Positions 50,671 through 61,358 of a stretch of DNA of 64,000 bases are shown piece after piece. The notes under the pieces are model-generated. The model was not told the DNA's origin. It made no database searches and saw only the letters and a list, made by a program, of their open reading frames with translations. Position 1 is the first letter of the stretch, and every line of letters begins with the position of its first letter. Made by a program: the position numbers and the translations under genes. The stretch spans positions 210,665-274,664 of the forward strand of contig CAVWFJ010000018.1 of NCBI GenBank assembly GCA_963754055.1, in the 5' to 3' direction. This DNA comes from an uncultured Solirubrobacterales bacterium. Its GTDB lineage: Bacteria > Actinomycetota > Thermoleophilia > Solirubrobacterales > Solirubrobacteraceae.

Positions 50671-50892
50671 ATGGCCTTTGAAGTCGGTAAGCGCGTCGTC
50701 GCGGAGTCCGAGTCAACGAGCCGCCGACCCCGCGCCGGTGTCGTTGAGGAAGTGGTGCGCGGCGACCCCTCGCCCCGGTATCGCATCCGCTGGGACGATG
50801 GCCACGAGAGCATCTACACGCCCGCGAGCGGAGCTCTCCGCGCCGAACCGCGCCCGAAAAGGCAACGACAATCAACCCCGCGGAAACGCTAA
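50671..50892 (+). CDS. DUF1918-like small protein (copy A)
   Basis: RAGVVEEV..GDPSPRYRIRWDDGHESIYTP. Confidence 0.75.
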   Translation: MAFEVGKRVVAESESTSRRPRAGVVEEVVRGDPSPRYRIRWDDGHESIYTPASGALRAEPRPKRQRQSTPRKR

Positions 50893-51174
50893 CCCAAGCT
50901 TGGGCAATCCGTAGTGATCGCGAGATGTACTGCGGTTGGCTATCGGTGTGATCTGCGCCAGCGGGGCGCCGTGGATATGACCGGGGTTCTGGCTCGAGCA
51001 GGCGCACGCCGATTAGCCTGCCGTGCTGATAGCCGCGGTGTATGACGTATCCGTTGAGTTCGAGCTCTGAAACGACGGCGGCGGGGAACGTGATCCCGGC
51101 GGCATGCAGCTCGGCGAACGGGAGCGCCTCGTCGCCGGCTTGGCGCAGCTGCTCTAGCCGCCGTTGTTGCTGAG

Positions 51175-51707
51175 CTGGCGGTTGACGCCGGGATCGAGGC
51201 GGTAGCGGTCTGAGTTTCCGGAGAGGACACGGGGATCGGGACGCAGCCGGCCAGGCGGGCGAGCTGGGCGTCGGTCTGGAAGCGGTCGATCTCGGCGATC
51301 TCGCCGATGAACTTGGCGGCGAGCAGGACGCCGTTCCCCCGTTCTGCAAGCACGGCAGCGTGTCGACACCTTCGGGCACCGCCGCGCGGGCGATCGCCAG
51401 CGCATCGATCGGATCAGACTTACGCGCGTGCGCGTCCCACGGCGAGCCTCGGCCATCAACGGTGGCGCCGGGCGCACGACGGTCTCGCCGCGACCGAGCG
51501 GGAACCGCTCCATCGAACAGGAAACGTTGCGGACTCCCTCGATCACCCAGACGCGCTTGTGGTCCAGCGCTCGGGCCCACTCCAGCAACTGCCCGAACCC
51601 TGTCCGCCTGGCAGGCGCGGTCCGATGTCCGAGTCTCAACACCCAGCTGATCCACGGCTGGCCGCGGTGTGGGTCTGCTTGTGCGGATCGACTCCAATCG
51701 TCACCAT
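51175..51707 (-). pseudogene. IS110-family transposase, frameshifted and deleted
   Basis: MVTIGVDPHKQTHTAA start; KSDPIDALAIARA; LAAKFIGEI..IDRF.TDAQLARLAGCVPIPVSS; RYRLDPGVNRQL, spread over several frames. Confidence 0.8.
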
Positions 51708-52079
51708 CTGTCGTGTCCGTTCGATCGCCTCTACTGAGATTAAGGGGACCCCCTGGCGGACACATTTCAGTCGGGGGAGCTGCCACGCTCCTATCAAGTT
51801 ACGCCAGGACGTCCTTGACGGCACCGGGCGACAGCTTCACGACAGGTCAGCCACAACCGGCGACCGACGCAGAACGAGTCAGCCCGAAGCTGTGAGGGAC
51901 AATCCACTACGCGCGCACGAAGCGCAACGCTCACCAAGGATCACACTGAAAGGCAGAAGCGTCGCGCTGACGCGCTTCAGGCCCGCGATGAGCATTGCAG
52001 CGGGATGTTGTCGAAAGCGGGCAGGTGCGTCGTTGAGGGCGTGTTCAGTTTCGCGGGTTGAGGTAGTGTCGGGGCGCTA

Positions 52080-53025
52080 ATGGCGTTGGCACTTGCTCCC
52101 CCGAGCCCGGATGATGTTCAGCTGACGGCGAATCAGGCGCGCGACCGGTTGATCACGGGAGTCGTCACGGTGGCGCCGGTCGCGGGGCTGGGGTTCGTGG
52201 CGTGGCAGGTTTGGGGGGACTGGCTGCATCGCGGCGATGTTCTGGTGTTTGCGATCCTCTATCTGACGACCGGCCTGGGGATCACGGTCGGTTTTCACCG
52301 CCACCTGACGCATCGAGCCTTCGCGACGACGCGACCCGTGCGGGCGGTGCTTGCGGTGCTCGGCTCGGCCGCGATTGAAGGGCCGGTGATCTCTTGGGTG
52401 GCTGATCATCGTAAGCACCATGCGTTTGCCGATGTCGACGGCGATCCGCACAGCCCGCACATCGGCCACGGACGCGGCTGGCGCGGAGCGGCCGCGGGCT
52501 TGTGGCACGCGCATGTCGGCTGGCTGTTCGTCCACACGCAACGCGCCGCTCGGCGTCGCTACGCGCCTGACCTGCTCGCAGACCCGATCATCAGGCTGAT
52601 CGATCGCACCTTCGTGGTGTGGGCACTCGGCGGGTTGGCCGCGGCGTTCGGTCTTGGGTGCGCGATCGGCGGGACGGCGATGGCGGGCGTGAGCGGGCTG
52701 TTGTGGGGGGTGCGGTTGGGTGCTGGTGCTTCACCACGTGACCCGCAGCATCAACTCGCTGTGCCACTACTTCGGGCGCCGCCGGTTCGCCACGCCCGAC
52801 CACTCGAGCAACGTCTTCTTGCTGGCGCTGCCATCGCTCGGGGAGTCCTGGCACAACAACCACCACGCGTTCCCGACGTCGGCCGCTCACGGCTTGCGCT
52901 GGTGGGAGCTCGACGTCTCGTCGCTGGTGATACGTGCGCTCGCGGGCGTTGGGCTTGTGTGGGACGTGGTCGAAGTCGGCCGCGAGCGCCAGGCGCGCAA
53001 GGCGATCGAGCTCGCCGGCGCGTAG
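52080..53025 (+). pseudogene. Delta-9 acyl-CoA desaturase with a frameshift near 52705-52720
   Basis: His boxes HRHLTH and HRKHH in ORF 52080, HNNHH in the other frame (52720-53025). Confidence 0.8.
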
Positions 53026-53032
53026 CCCGGCG

Positions 53033-54280
53033 TTGAGCGTGCTATCCCGCAGCGCTCCTCTCCTTCGCGAGCTCGAGCGGGCGCTGCCTGTGCGCCCGTT
53101 CGCGATCGAATGCTGGGACGGCGAACGGCTTGGTTCGACGACGGGTGGGGGTCCGATCTTTCGCGTGCTCTCGCCGGCGGCCGTCGCTTACGCGCTGTGC
53201 GCTCCGGGCCAGCTCGGGATCGGACGCGCGTACGTCGCGGGCGCGCTCGAGCCCGACGATCTCGACTCCGCGCTCGCGCTGCTCTCCACCTGGAAGACAC
53301 CTGCGTTAGCTGGCGCCACGCGCGTCCGGCTCGCCGTCGCGGCCGCCCGCGCGTGCGGTGTGACGCTGCCGCCCCGGCCGCCTGCGGGCGAGCTGCGGCC
53401 ACGGGGCCGTCGTCACAGCCGCGAACGCGACGCACGTGCTGTGCGCCATCACTACGACGTCTCGAACGAGTTCTTCGCGCTGTTCCTCGACCCGTCGATG
53501 ACCTATAGCTGCGCGATGTTCTCGCGGGGTGCGCAGACGCTCGCGTCCGCCCAAAAGGCCAAACTCGAGCTCGTCTGCCGAAAGCTCGAGCTCGAGCCCG
53601 GTCAGCGCGTGCTCGACATCGGCTGCGGCTGGGGAAGCTTCGCGATCCACGCGGCAAGGTGCCACGGCGCTCGGGTCGTCGGCGTGACGCTGTCCGGCCC
53701 ACAAGGCGAGCTCGCTCGTCGGCTGGTCGCCGACTCCGGCCTGGAGGACCAGATCGAGATTCGTGTCGGCGATTACCGCGAGCTCGCTGACGGGCCTTTC
53801 GACGCGGTCGCGAGCATCGGCATGATCGAGCACGTAGGCGCACGTCAGATCGACGTGTACGCCGCACAGGTCGCGCGGCTGCTGCGCCCAGGCGGGCGGA
53901 CGCTCAACCAGGGGATCGCGCGGCTGCGTGTCGGCGACCCCGAGGCCGGGCCGTTCTCCGAGCGTTTTGTGTTCCCCGACGTCGCGCCGCTGCACCTTTC
54001 GACTGTGCTCGCCGCGCTCGAGCGTGCCGGGCTCGTCACCGAGCACGTGGAGGGCTTCGCCGAGGACTATGCCGAGACCCTGGCTCACTGGGCCCAGCGG
54101 CTTGACGAACGCCGCGAGAAGGCGATCGCACTCGCCGGTCCCGAGCGCGTCCGGGTTTGGCGGCTGTACCTACGCGTGGCGCGCACCGGCTTCCTGGACG
54201 GCTTCACCGGCGTCTACCAGACCCAATCACTCAGACCGCCGGGGTGGGCAACGACTAGGTCGGCCCGACTGCGGCACTGA
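53033..54280 (+). CDS. Cyclopropane-fatty-acyl-phospholipid synthase family methyltransferase
   Basis: HHYDVSNEFF, MTYSCA, LDIGCGWG, SIGMIEHVG, YAETLAHW; start approximate (TTG 53033). Confidence 0.88.
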   Translation: MSVLSRSAPLLRELERALPVRPFAIECWDGERLGSTTGGGPIFRVLSPAAVAYALCAPGQLGIGRAYVAGALEPDDLDSALALLSTWKTPALAGATRVRLAVAAARACGVTLPPRPPAGELRPRGRRHSRERDARAVRHHYDVSNEFFALFLDPSMTYSCAMFSRGAQTLASAQKAKLELVCRKLELEPGQRVLDIGCGWGSFAIHAARCHGARVVGVTLSGPQGELARRLVADSGLEDQIEIRVGDYRELADGPFDAVASIGMIEHVGARQIDVYAAQVARLLRPGGRTLNQGIARLRVGDPEAGPFSERFVFPDVAPLHLSTVLAALERAGLVTEHVEGFAEDYAETLAHWAQRLDERREKAIALAGPERVRVWRLYLRVARTGFLDGFTGVYQTQSLRPPGWATTRSARLRH

Positions 54281-54806
54281 CAGTTCGTCCACACACCGCG
54301 CCACAGCTTCGCGCGATTGCGAGCGCCTCAGCTGACGCCCAACTTGCTCCCGCGACGAACGACGAACGCCGAGGGTTGCACTCGACGTTTCGCTACCGCC
54401 GATCTCGGTGGCCAAAAGAGGAGGTGTGTTCAGAGCTCCGAGCCACGGTTGCACTAGTTCCGAACGAGTCGCTTCGCGACGCGCAATCCGGTTGACTGTG
54501 CGACGGTTCCCGCGTGACGAGATGTCAGAAGCGGATCTTCCCGAACTTGAGGGTGGTGACGGATCCGATTTGGGGGGTGCTATGTGTCGCGGCGAGTTCG
54601 TTGGAGGCGTCAGAAAGGCGGAGAACGCGTCGTTCGTCGTCGCCGCGTCGCGATTGGGCTGTAATGGTGTCGTTTCGGGGCAGATGGTCCTCCGTGTTCT
54701 GGTGCTGCGGACGCGGAGGAAGCAAGAGCGACGACTGCGGGCGCGGGCACCGTTTCAGCTCGAGCCGACCGCTCGAATGATCACCGACGATATCGACCAC
54801 GCGCTT

Positions 54807-55001
54807 GGAGTGACTGACGACGGTTACCTGCAGTGCCCGGTGGCACGCGGCTGTACGACGTCGGTACCGGCGCGGTGGCCCGGGGAGTCCTCGGGAGCGT
54901 TCAGCCGCTGGCGGGTGTTGTGAAGGCGACGGCCGGCGTTCGGTTTGATGAAGAGTTTCCTGGTCGAGGTGCGCGACGGCGCGGTCTGGCTGGTCGGCTG
55001 A
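54807..55001 (+). pseudogene. Rieske [2Fe-2S] protein C-terminal remnant
   Basis: Across frameshifts: GVTDDGYLQCP/WHA/YDVGTGAVARG...FLVEVRDGAVWLVG*. Confidence 0.55.
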
Positions 55002-55065
55002 GGGACGCGTCTGATCTCGTCGGCTTCGCTCTCAGCCCCGGGATCCGGATCACCTCGACGGGCGT

Positions 55066-56208
55066 CTAGGTTCGGTGGCCGAGCGGTCGTAGCGCATCGC
55101 CGGAGGTGGTCTCGCCATTTCGCAGCTGCTGTGTCTCGCGGAGGTTTTGCAGCTTCCTGAGTGACTGGTTTTCGATTTGGCGGATCCGTTCACGGGTGAC
55201 GTTGAACGTGCGACCGATCTCGTCGAGTGTGCACGGGGGTTCGCCGCCGAGGCCATAGCGCAGCTCGAGCACGCGCCGGGCGCGATACGAGAGGCTCTCA
55301 AGCGCATCTCGCAGGGCGTCATTGGTCAGGACGTCCACGGCGCGCTCGTAGGGCGACTCGGCTTGCGGGTCGGCGATGAACTGGCCGAACTCGGACTGTT
55401 CCTCGTCTCCGAGCGGCGTCTCGAGCGAGATCGGCGCCCGCGCTGAGTGCTTGATCGCCTCGACCTCGCGCGGGTCGATCCCCGTCGCCTCGGCGATGTC
55501 CTCGACCGTCGGCTCACGGCCGAGCGTCGTGGTCAGGCTGCGCTCGGCCCGGGCGATGTTGTTGAGCTTCTCGACGATGTTGACCGGGATCCGGATCGTG
55601 CGCGCCTTATCGGCAAGCGCGCGGGCGACGGCCTGCCGGATCCACCAGGTCGCGTAGGTCGAGAACTTGAAGCCTCGCCGGTAGTCGAACTTCTCCGCCG
55701 CGCGGACGAGACCGATCGCGCCCTCCTGGATCAGATCGAGAAACGGCAGCCCCTGGTTGCGGTAGTTCTTCGCGATCGAGACGACCAGCCGCAGGTTCGA
55801 CTCGACCATCTTCTGCTTCGCGTCCAGCTCGCCACGCTCGATCCGTTTGGCGAGATCAACCTCCTCCTCGGCAGTCAGCAGCCCCACCTTGCCGATGTCC
55901 TTCAGGAACAGCTGCAGCGAATCGGTGCTCATGTCCGGCTTGAGGTCCAGTGCGATTTTTGGCTTGCGCCGACCGCGCCTCTCCGGCGCGCGTTCCACCG
56001 CCTGCGCCGCGAGCGCGGGATCGACCTCCTCGACGAGCTCGATCTCCGCCTGCTCAAAGAAACCATGGAGCTCCTCCACGTCGGTATCGTCGAGGTCGAG
56101 CTCGGCCGTAGCGGACGCGATCTCGGCGTGTGTGAGCACACCGACCTGCTGGCCGCGTGCCAGCAGACTCTTGACCTCTTCAAGCTCCCGAAGCTCGGAT
56201 GCCGACAC
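55066..56208 (-). CDS. RNA polymerase sigma70 factor, RpoD/SigA-like paralog
   Basis: [58 protein letters not shown]. Confidence 0.9.
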   Translation of the reverse strand: MSASELRELEEVKSLLARGQQVGVLTHAEIASATAELDLDDTDVEELHGFFEQAEIELVEEVDPALAAQAVERAPERRGRRKPKIALDLKPDMSTDSLQLFLKDIGKVGLLTAEEEVDLAKRIERGELDAKQKMVESNLRLVVSIAKNYRNQGLPFLDLIQEGAIGLVRAAEKFDYRRGFKFSTYATWWIRQAVARALADKARTIRIPVNIVEKLNNIARAERSLTTTLGREPTVEDIAEATGIDPREVEAIKHSARAPISLETPLGDEEQSEFGQFIADPQAESPYERAVDVLTNDALRDALESLSYRARRVLELRYGLGGEPPCTLDEIGRTFNVTRERIRQIENQSLRKLQNLRETQQLRNGETTSGDALRPLGHRT

Positions 56209-56464
56209 CTTTACGGCTCGCCTTTGCCGCGCCGATCAAACAGGGTCCCGTCGGTGCGTGGGGTGCCGTCAAGCACGGAGCACGAACTCTCGTCCCGCGC
56301 CAACCGGCGACGCTACACCGATCTGCGACTGATTACAACGCGCAAGAGTGGTGTGCTAGAGAGTGGCGTACTCGAGAGTCGTGTGGGGGTGGTACCGTCT
56401 GGGCACGGGCTCGAGGTGGCTGCGGTTGGCCCGCGAGCCGGTGAAGTGAAGATCGGCGACACGA

Positions 56465-56947
56465 GTGAGTAGCAGCGCAGACAGGCGAGGGATCGAGAAG
56501 CCGGCAGTCGGCGATTTCGGGCCGGTCGAGCGTGCGCATGGCGATCCTGCGCTCCCGCCGCTCGCGGGCGGCAAGCTGCTCGCCGAGATCACTAACCGGA
56601 TCGTCTCGTTGGTCCGCGAGCACTACGGACGCGGACCGATCAAGGCCAAGACCTACGTGCTCGACAACCTGATCGTCTGCGTGCTCACCGACAGTGGCTT
56701 CACTGCCATCGAGCGCACGATGATGGAAGGCCACGAACCCGAACGAGTGCTCGAGATGCGCCGCGACTTCCAACGGATGATGAAGGTCCGCTACAGCGAG
56801 ATGATCGAAGAACTGACCGGACGCAAGGTGCTCGCGTTCCTCAGCCAAGCCCACGTCGAACCAGACCTCACGATCGAGATGTTCCTCGTGGACGCGCCGC
56901 TAGCCGGCTTCGGCGCGCTCGAACTCGTCGACCCCAGCAGCGGCTAA
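56465..56947 (+). CDS. DUF2294 / MpsC-like protein
   Basis: REHYGRGPIKAKTY...FTAIERT...IEELTGRKVLAFLSQ. Confidence 0.75.
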   Translation: MSSSADRRGIEKPAVGDFGPVERAHGDPALPPLAGGKLLAEITNRIVSLVREHYGRGPIKAKTYVLDNLIVCVLTDSGFTAIERTMMEGHEPERVLEMRRDFQRMMKVRYSEMIEELTGRKVLAFLSQAHVEPDLTIEMFLVDAPLAGFGALELVDPSSG

Positions 56948-57382
56948 CAGCGCGGACGGACCCGACGAGAGCGCGGTGGCCGGCGGTGGCGAGTTCCGTG
57001 CTTCGCTCGTGCCCGCCACCCCTATGCGGTCGACTATCCGCTCGATTGACGTCGAGTTAGGTCCTGCCTGGAGGGGATGCGTTGCTGTGTGGTGGACGCG
57101 TCGCTGATTCTCTGCCGGGCCGAGGGAAACTGCGACGAGCGATGGCGAGAGTCGACCACGCGAGAGTTCCGCCGGTCGCTTCTCTCCGATCGGGGGAGCG
57201 GGCGGCTGCCTGCATCGCCGCGAATCGACCTGATCGTTCTGAGTGCGACACGACAACGAGTCGGGTAACAGCCTCGACGCGATCAGAACCGATCGACCGG
57301 CAGCGCGGCACCATGACGTTGCCGCGCGATCGTCAGTGGCGGCGTGAGCGAGGACCACGAGGCGCGTGATCGCCGGCGACGG

Positions 57383-58171
57383 TCAGCCGACCGCTCGCAG
57401 CAGCGCGAGAATCCGTGGGTGGCCGTCGATCTCCAGCTCGTCTACGACGTCGACCGCGTCGAGGCCAACGATCCGCGCTAGTCGCCGCAGGCCCTCTGCC
57501 GAGAAGCCCCAGTAGACGAACTCATCGCGGGCATACACGTCGCCCGGCTCGTGAACCTCGATCGCGGGAGCGTCGGCGCGCAGCCGCGAGCCGTAGCTCT
57601 CGAGCACGATCTCGCCGCCCGGCGCCAGCACACCGGCGAGCGCCCCCAGCAACCTGATCGGGTCGGTCACCCGATGCAAGATGCCGAAACACAACACAAC
57701 ATCGAAGCGCTCGCCGAGCCCGTGCACGTCGAACGCGTCCATCCGCCGGTACTCGACCCGGGATCCAACCAGCCCGGCGATCGCGCGGAACCCGGCTCCG
57801 CCCGGAAGCGTCACGCCAAAGCGACCATGCACCCAGTCGACGTATTGCTCATTGTCGAGCGCGACAACCCGCCGCGCACCGCGGGCCTCGGCGAGGAAGC
57901 TGTAGAAGCCGTCGAACGCGCCCACATCAAGCACGCTACGGCCCGCGAAACGATCCGCGCCGAGCATCCCGAGGCGATAGCCGTGATCCCGGGCGATACC
58001 CGGCGTGTAGATCCCCGGCGCGAGCGCGAACGTGTGAAACCACAGCGGAACCGAATCGCGGACACGCTCAGCCTCCGCCGCCGGCGCTCCGATCGCCTGC
58101 ACGTCGGCGACAGCCCGCTCGGCACCGGACGTCTCAGGGATCGGCTCGACCGCGATCGCATCGACTGCCAA
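57383..58171 (-). CDS. Class I SAM-dependent methyltransferase (CmoB/DUF1698-like)
   Basis: WFHTF..PG, VLDVGAFDGFYSF, FDVVLCFGILHRV. Confidence 0.78.
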   Translation of the reverse strand: MAVDAIAVEPIPETSGAERAVADVQAIGAPAAEAERVRDSVPLWFHTFALAPGIYTPGIARDHGYRLGMLGADRFAGRSVLDVGAFDGFYSFLAEARGARRVVALDNEQYVDWVHGRFGVTLPGGAGFRAIAGLVGSRVEYRRMDAFDVHGLGERFDVVLCFGILHRVTDPIRLLGALAGVLAPGGEIVLESYGSRLRADAPAIEVHEPGDVYARDEFVYWGFSAEGLRRLARIVGLDAVDVVDELEIDGHPRILALLRAVG

Positions 58172-58779
58172 CGCATCAACTCCAGTTCTCGTTCACACCA
58201 CGTTCACAACAGCATCACAGATCGACGCCAGCAGCGCTCTGAGAGCCCGGATGCCCGCCGTCGCGAGAGCGTCACGAAATTCCAGCAACGTCGGGTTCTG
58301 CCTCAGCGCACCGACGTCGCCACCCAGTGGCCAAGATCGCGCAGCACGCACGTCGGTGACAGCCCAACGCAGTGGCGCGCTGCGACCCCCAATCGGCAAG
58401 CATCCAGCGGCACGAGCGCAGCTTTGAAACGCTCAGGTGCGCACGATCTCGCTCAACGACGACATTCGCTTAAGGACGCTCGCTGACCGCGGCAACAGCG
58501 ACCCCTAGAGCGGCTGCGCCAAGCCGTCGACCAGCCAGTCGCGCTCGCCGAGCTGCACGCGGCCGGGATCGCGTTCCCAGCCGCCGTCGTCTCAGAGCTC
58601 GAGCTAAACAGATATGTGATCGAGCGCGCGGCCACGGCCCTAGGACCGCACGCCGCGCGGCTTGGCCAGGCAAAGCCAAGCCACTCCGTCAGCCTCGTTC
58701 TGCGCCCCGACGGGAGTCGGCTGAGCGCGTGGCGTCTGGTCTCTCGCCGAGCGCGGGGCGGATCGCCGCGTCGCAGGTT

Positions 58780-59001
58780 GTTTGGTTTCCATGGCGCCGC
58801 TTGCCGGTGCCTCTTGCGGCGTTGTCCGGCTCGCAGAGCGCCGCCGGCGGGTGTGTAGACGCTCTCGTGCCCATCGTCCCAGCGGATCCGATAACGAGGC
58901 GACGACTCGCCGAGCAGCACTTCCTCAACGACACCCGAGCGGGATCGGCGCTGCGTTGACTCGGACTGCGCCACGACACGCTCACCGACTTCAAACGCCA
59001 C
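58780..59001 (-). CDS. DUF1918-like small protein (copy B; stop lost, frame reads on to 58453)
   Basis: VAFEVGERVVAQSES...GVVEEV..GESSPRYRIRWDDGHESVYTP, closely similar to 50671-50892; end approximate. Confidence 0.6.
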
Positions 59002-59492
59002 CCGCGCTCCCGACTCGCTCGCCCTCCTGACGACCGCCGTGGGGGCATCTCGCACAACGATCAGTGTCCGAGTCCACGACCCCAAGGATCACCTCAACGC
59101 GCTCCCGAACCGCGGCCCGGATCTCCAGATGCCGCCTCGTGGGGCCCAGCAGGGTCTTCTCGTGGCTCAGAGACGGGTGTTCGTTGGTTGACCGAGGCTC
59201 GTTACCGGCCCAGGTTTCGCGGTCACGTCGCTATCGCGCGCGTTGACGGTCCTCGACCAAGCCCTACGAGCTCGGTGCCGGCGACCGCGTGTCCGCAAAG
59301 TTCGGCTGACAGGTTAGCGAGCCAGTCTGGACCGCGTCCGGGCCCAGGCAAAGCCCCCAAGCGACGTCCGCCGCTTCCTCAATCGCCCGAACGGCGCCCA
59401 GTAGCTCCGTCTCGCGCGGTAGCAAGCCGAGGCGACCCAGTCCGTCCTGACGGAACCTCCCGGCCTCCTGCTCGAGCGGCAGCGGGTGCCGA

Positions 59493-59768
59493 TCACCGGG
59501 CAGCAACTGGACGGTTAGGCGCCGCGCGTGCATTACCGGCCCCCCATCCGGACGCGCCAACGGCAGCCAACAGGAGCCGTGCGTCGGAGCGCTGTTGCGC
59601 GTGGTCGCGCAGCGACCACGCGAGAAGCCACAAGGCGGCCTTGTGCTGCGTTGATAGCTCGGCGGTGTCAATCGCGTCCTCAACCTGGGAGAACGCCGTG
59701 CCCCGCTCCATCATGCCCTCGACCTGCTCTTGGCTTCGGTCGAAGGTCAGTGGCGCGCGAGTTCTCAT
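59493..59768 (-). CDS. Hypothetical protein
   Basis: AGGAGG RBS, ATG 59768, helical sequence FSQVEDAID..KAALWLLAWS. Confidence 0.55.
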   Translation of the reverse strand: MRTRAPLTFDRSQEQVEGMMERGTAFSQVEDAIDTAELSTQHKAALWLLAWSLRDHAQQRSDARLLLAAVGASGWGAGNARAAPNRPVAAR

Positions 59769-60029
59769 CGGCGCGCCTCCTTTCTCGGGTCCCGCGGCTG
59801 CCCGTAGCGTGCAACCCGCCGGTCCCGCTCGGTAAAGCACGGGCTACCACAGATCGACCCGCTCCGCCAGCTCGGACTCCGCAATTTGCCGACGAAACGA
59901 CCACGGACGCTGACTACAGGCCCAGAGGGCAGTAGGCTGTAGCCCAACGCTGCCTGCGGGGCTCCCACGCTTCCTCTCCCTCTCGTGGTGCACAACACCC
60001 GCCCGAGGATGCGGCTGAAAGGCGTCCCC

Positions 60030-60389
60030 ATGGACCAGCAGCACGAGAGCCAAGGGCCCTCGGCGAAGATCGCCACCTCCACGGTGCAGTTACTGCACCG
60101 ACACACCGGTCGAGGGCCGACGAAGGCGAAGACCACAATCAATGAGAACATCGTGACCGTCCTGCTCGCGGACACGCTCACGAAGGGCGAGCGCACCCTC
60201 GTGGAGAACGGCCGCGCGGATCGCGTCATCCAACTCCGCCACGACTATCAACTCGTTATGCGCGACGAACTCGTCGGAATCGTCGAACGGGAGCTCGATC
60301 GCAAGGTGATCGCGTTCATGAGCCAGAACCACATCGATCCCGACCTCGCGGTCGAGGTTTTCGTGCTCGAGCCTGCCGAGGCGGTCTAG
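60030..60389 (+). CDS. DUF2294 / MpsC-like protein
   Basis: HTGRGPTKAKT...LTKGERTL...RKVIAFMSQNHIDPD. Confidence 0.78.
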   Translation: MDQQHESQGPSAKIATSTVQLLHRHTGRGPTKAKTTINENIVTVLLADTLTKGERTLVENGRADRVIQLRHDYQLVMRDELVGIVERELDRKVIAFMSQNHIDPDLAVEVFVLEPAEAV

Positions 60390-61113
60390 CACGGCAATGC
60401 AGCACCGGGCTCGTGACGCCGCGCCCGGACGTCCCCAGCACACCGCCCGAGGGACCGCCCGGTGTCGCTCGAATTTTGGCTAGTCCGCGAGCCGGCGCCG
60501 GAGCGCATCAACCGAGACCCGCACGCGCCCCGCCGGGCCAGCTCGATGCCGGCCACACGGCACGCCCGCCGTGGGCGCAGGGTCAGTCGAGGACTACACG
60601 CGTCAATGCCGCATCACGATCGTGGACCGATGGCCGCTCCGCTCGTCAAGACCTCGACCCCGGGGCATTCTCAAGCGCCGCCACCGTGCTCATCGGCCCA
60701 CCCGCTCGCTCGAGCCAGCGTGTCGAGGCGACGATCCTCAGTGGTGACTCGAACAGAGCAGGTCGCCGACCCCGGGCAACGCGGGTGACGCTGCATAGGC
60801 ATCGCCTTGATTCTGCACGCTGTCGTCCCGGCCCCGCTTACGGCGAACCGTGAGGCCGTTGGCGCGCCTAAGACATGCCAGCCCCGACAGGACAGGTTGG
60901 CTGGAGGCTTTCTTTCGGCGCGATGCACGTCGCCCATTCAGTCGGACGAGGTTCGCGGCGCGGCGCGGCGCGAAACGAGGTGTCCGCTCCGGCTACCCCG
61001 GGGAGCGCTTCCGCATCCGCCCGGCGATGGAGGCGTCTGGAGGCGAGCAGGGGTCGCTCGTGCTGCTCGTCTCTATGAAGGCGGGCCTGTTGTCAAGACC
61101 CCTGTCAGACCTC

Positions 61114-61241
61114 TGACAACGATGCCTGCCAGATTGCCGGGTGAGCGTTGCCGTGTCAAGCATCAACAGCCACGATTGTGAACGCTTTTTACTGTGTGAC
61201 GCTTGACACGGCAACGTGAACCTGGCAGGAAGTTACTGTCA
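61114..61241. repeat. Long nested imperfect palindrome
   Basis: Perfect 16-bp inverted repeat cgttgccgtgtcaagc (61146-61161) / gcttgacacggcaacg (61201-61216), flanked by cctgccagatt / aacctggcagg and tgaca / tgtca. Confidence 0.75.
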
Positions 61242-61358
61242 CGGGCCGCGGGCGGGTGGGGCCGTTGGAGCAGTGCTCATTTCTCTATCGCGCTCATCAA
61301 CTTCGAGGACTGGGTTCTATCGGGGCTCGCTCCGGTGGCGCAATTCCAAAAAGGGCTG

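Noticed and set aside
56950-57380. Non-coding stretches here and at about 59090-59490 and 60400-61080 as possible ncRNAs or genes
   Set aside because: No recognisable protein motif, repeat or structure that I could verify by eye
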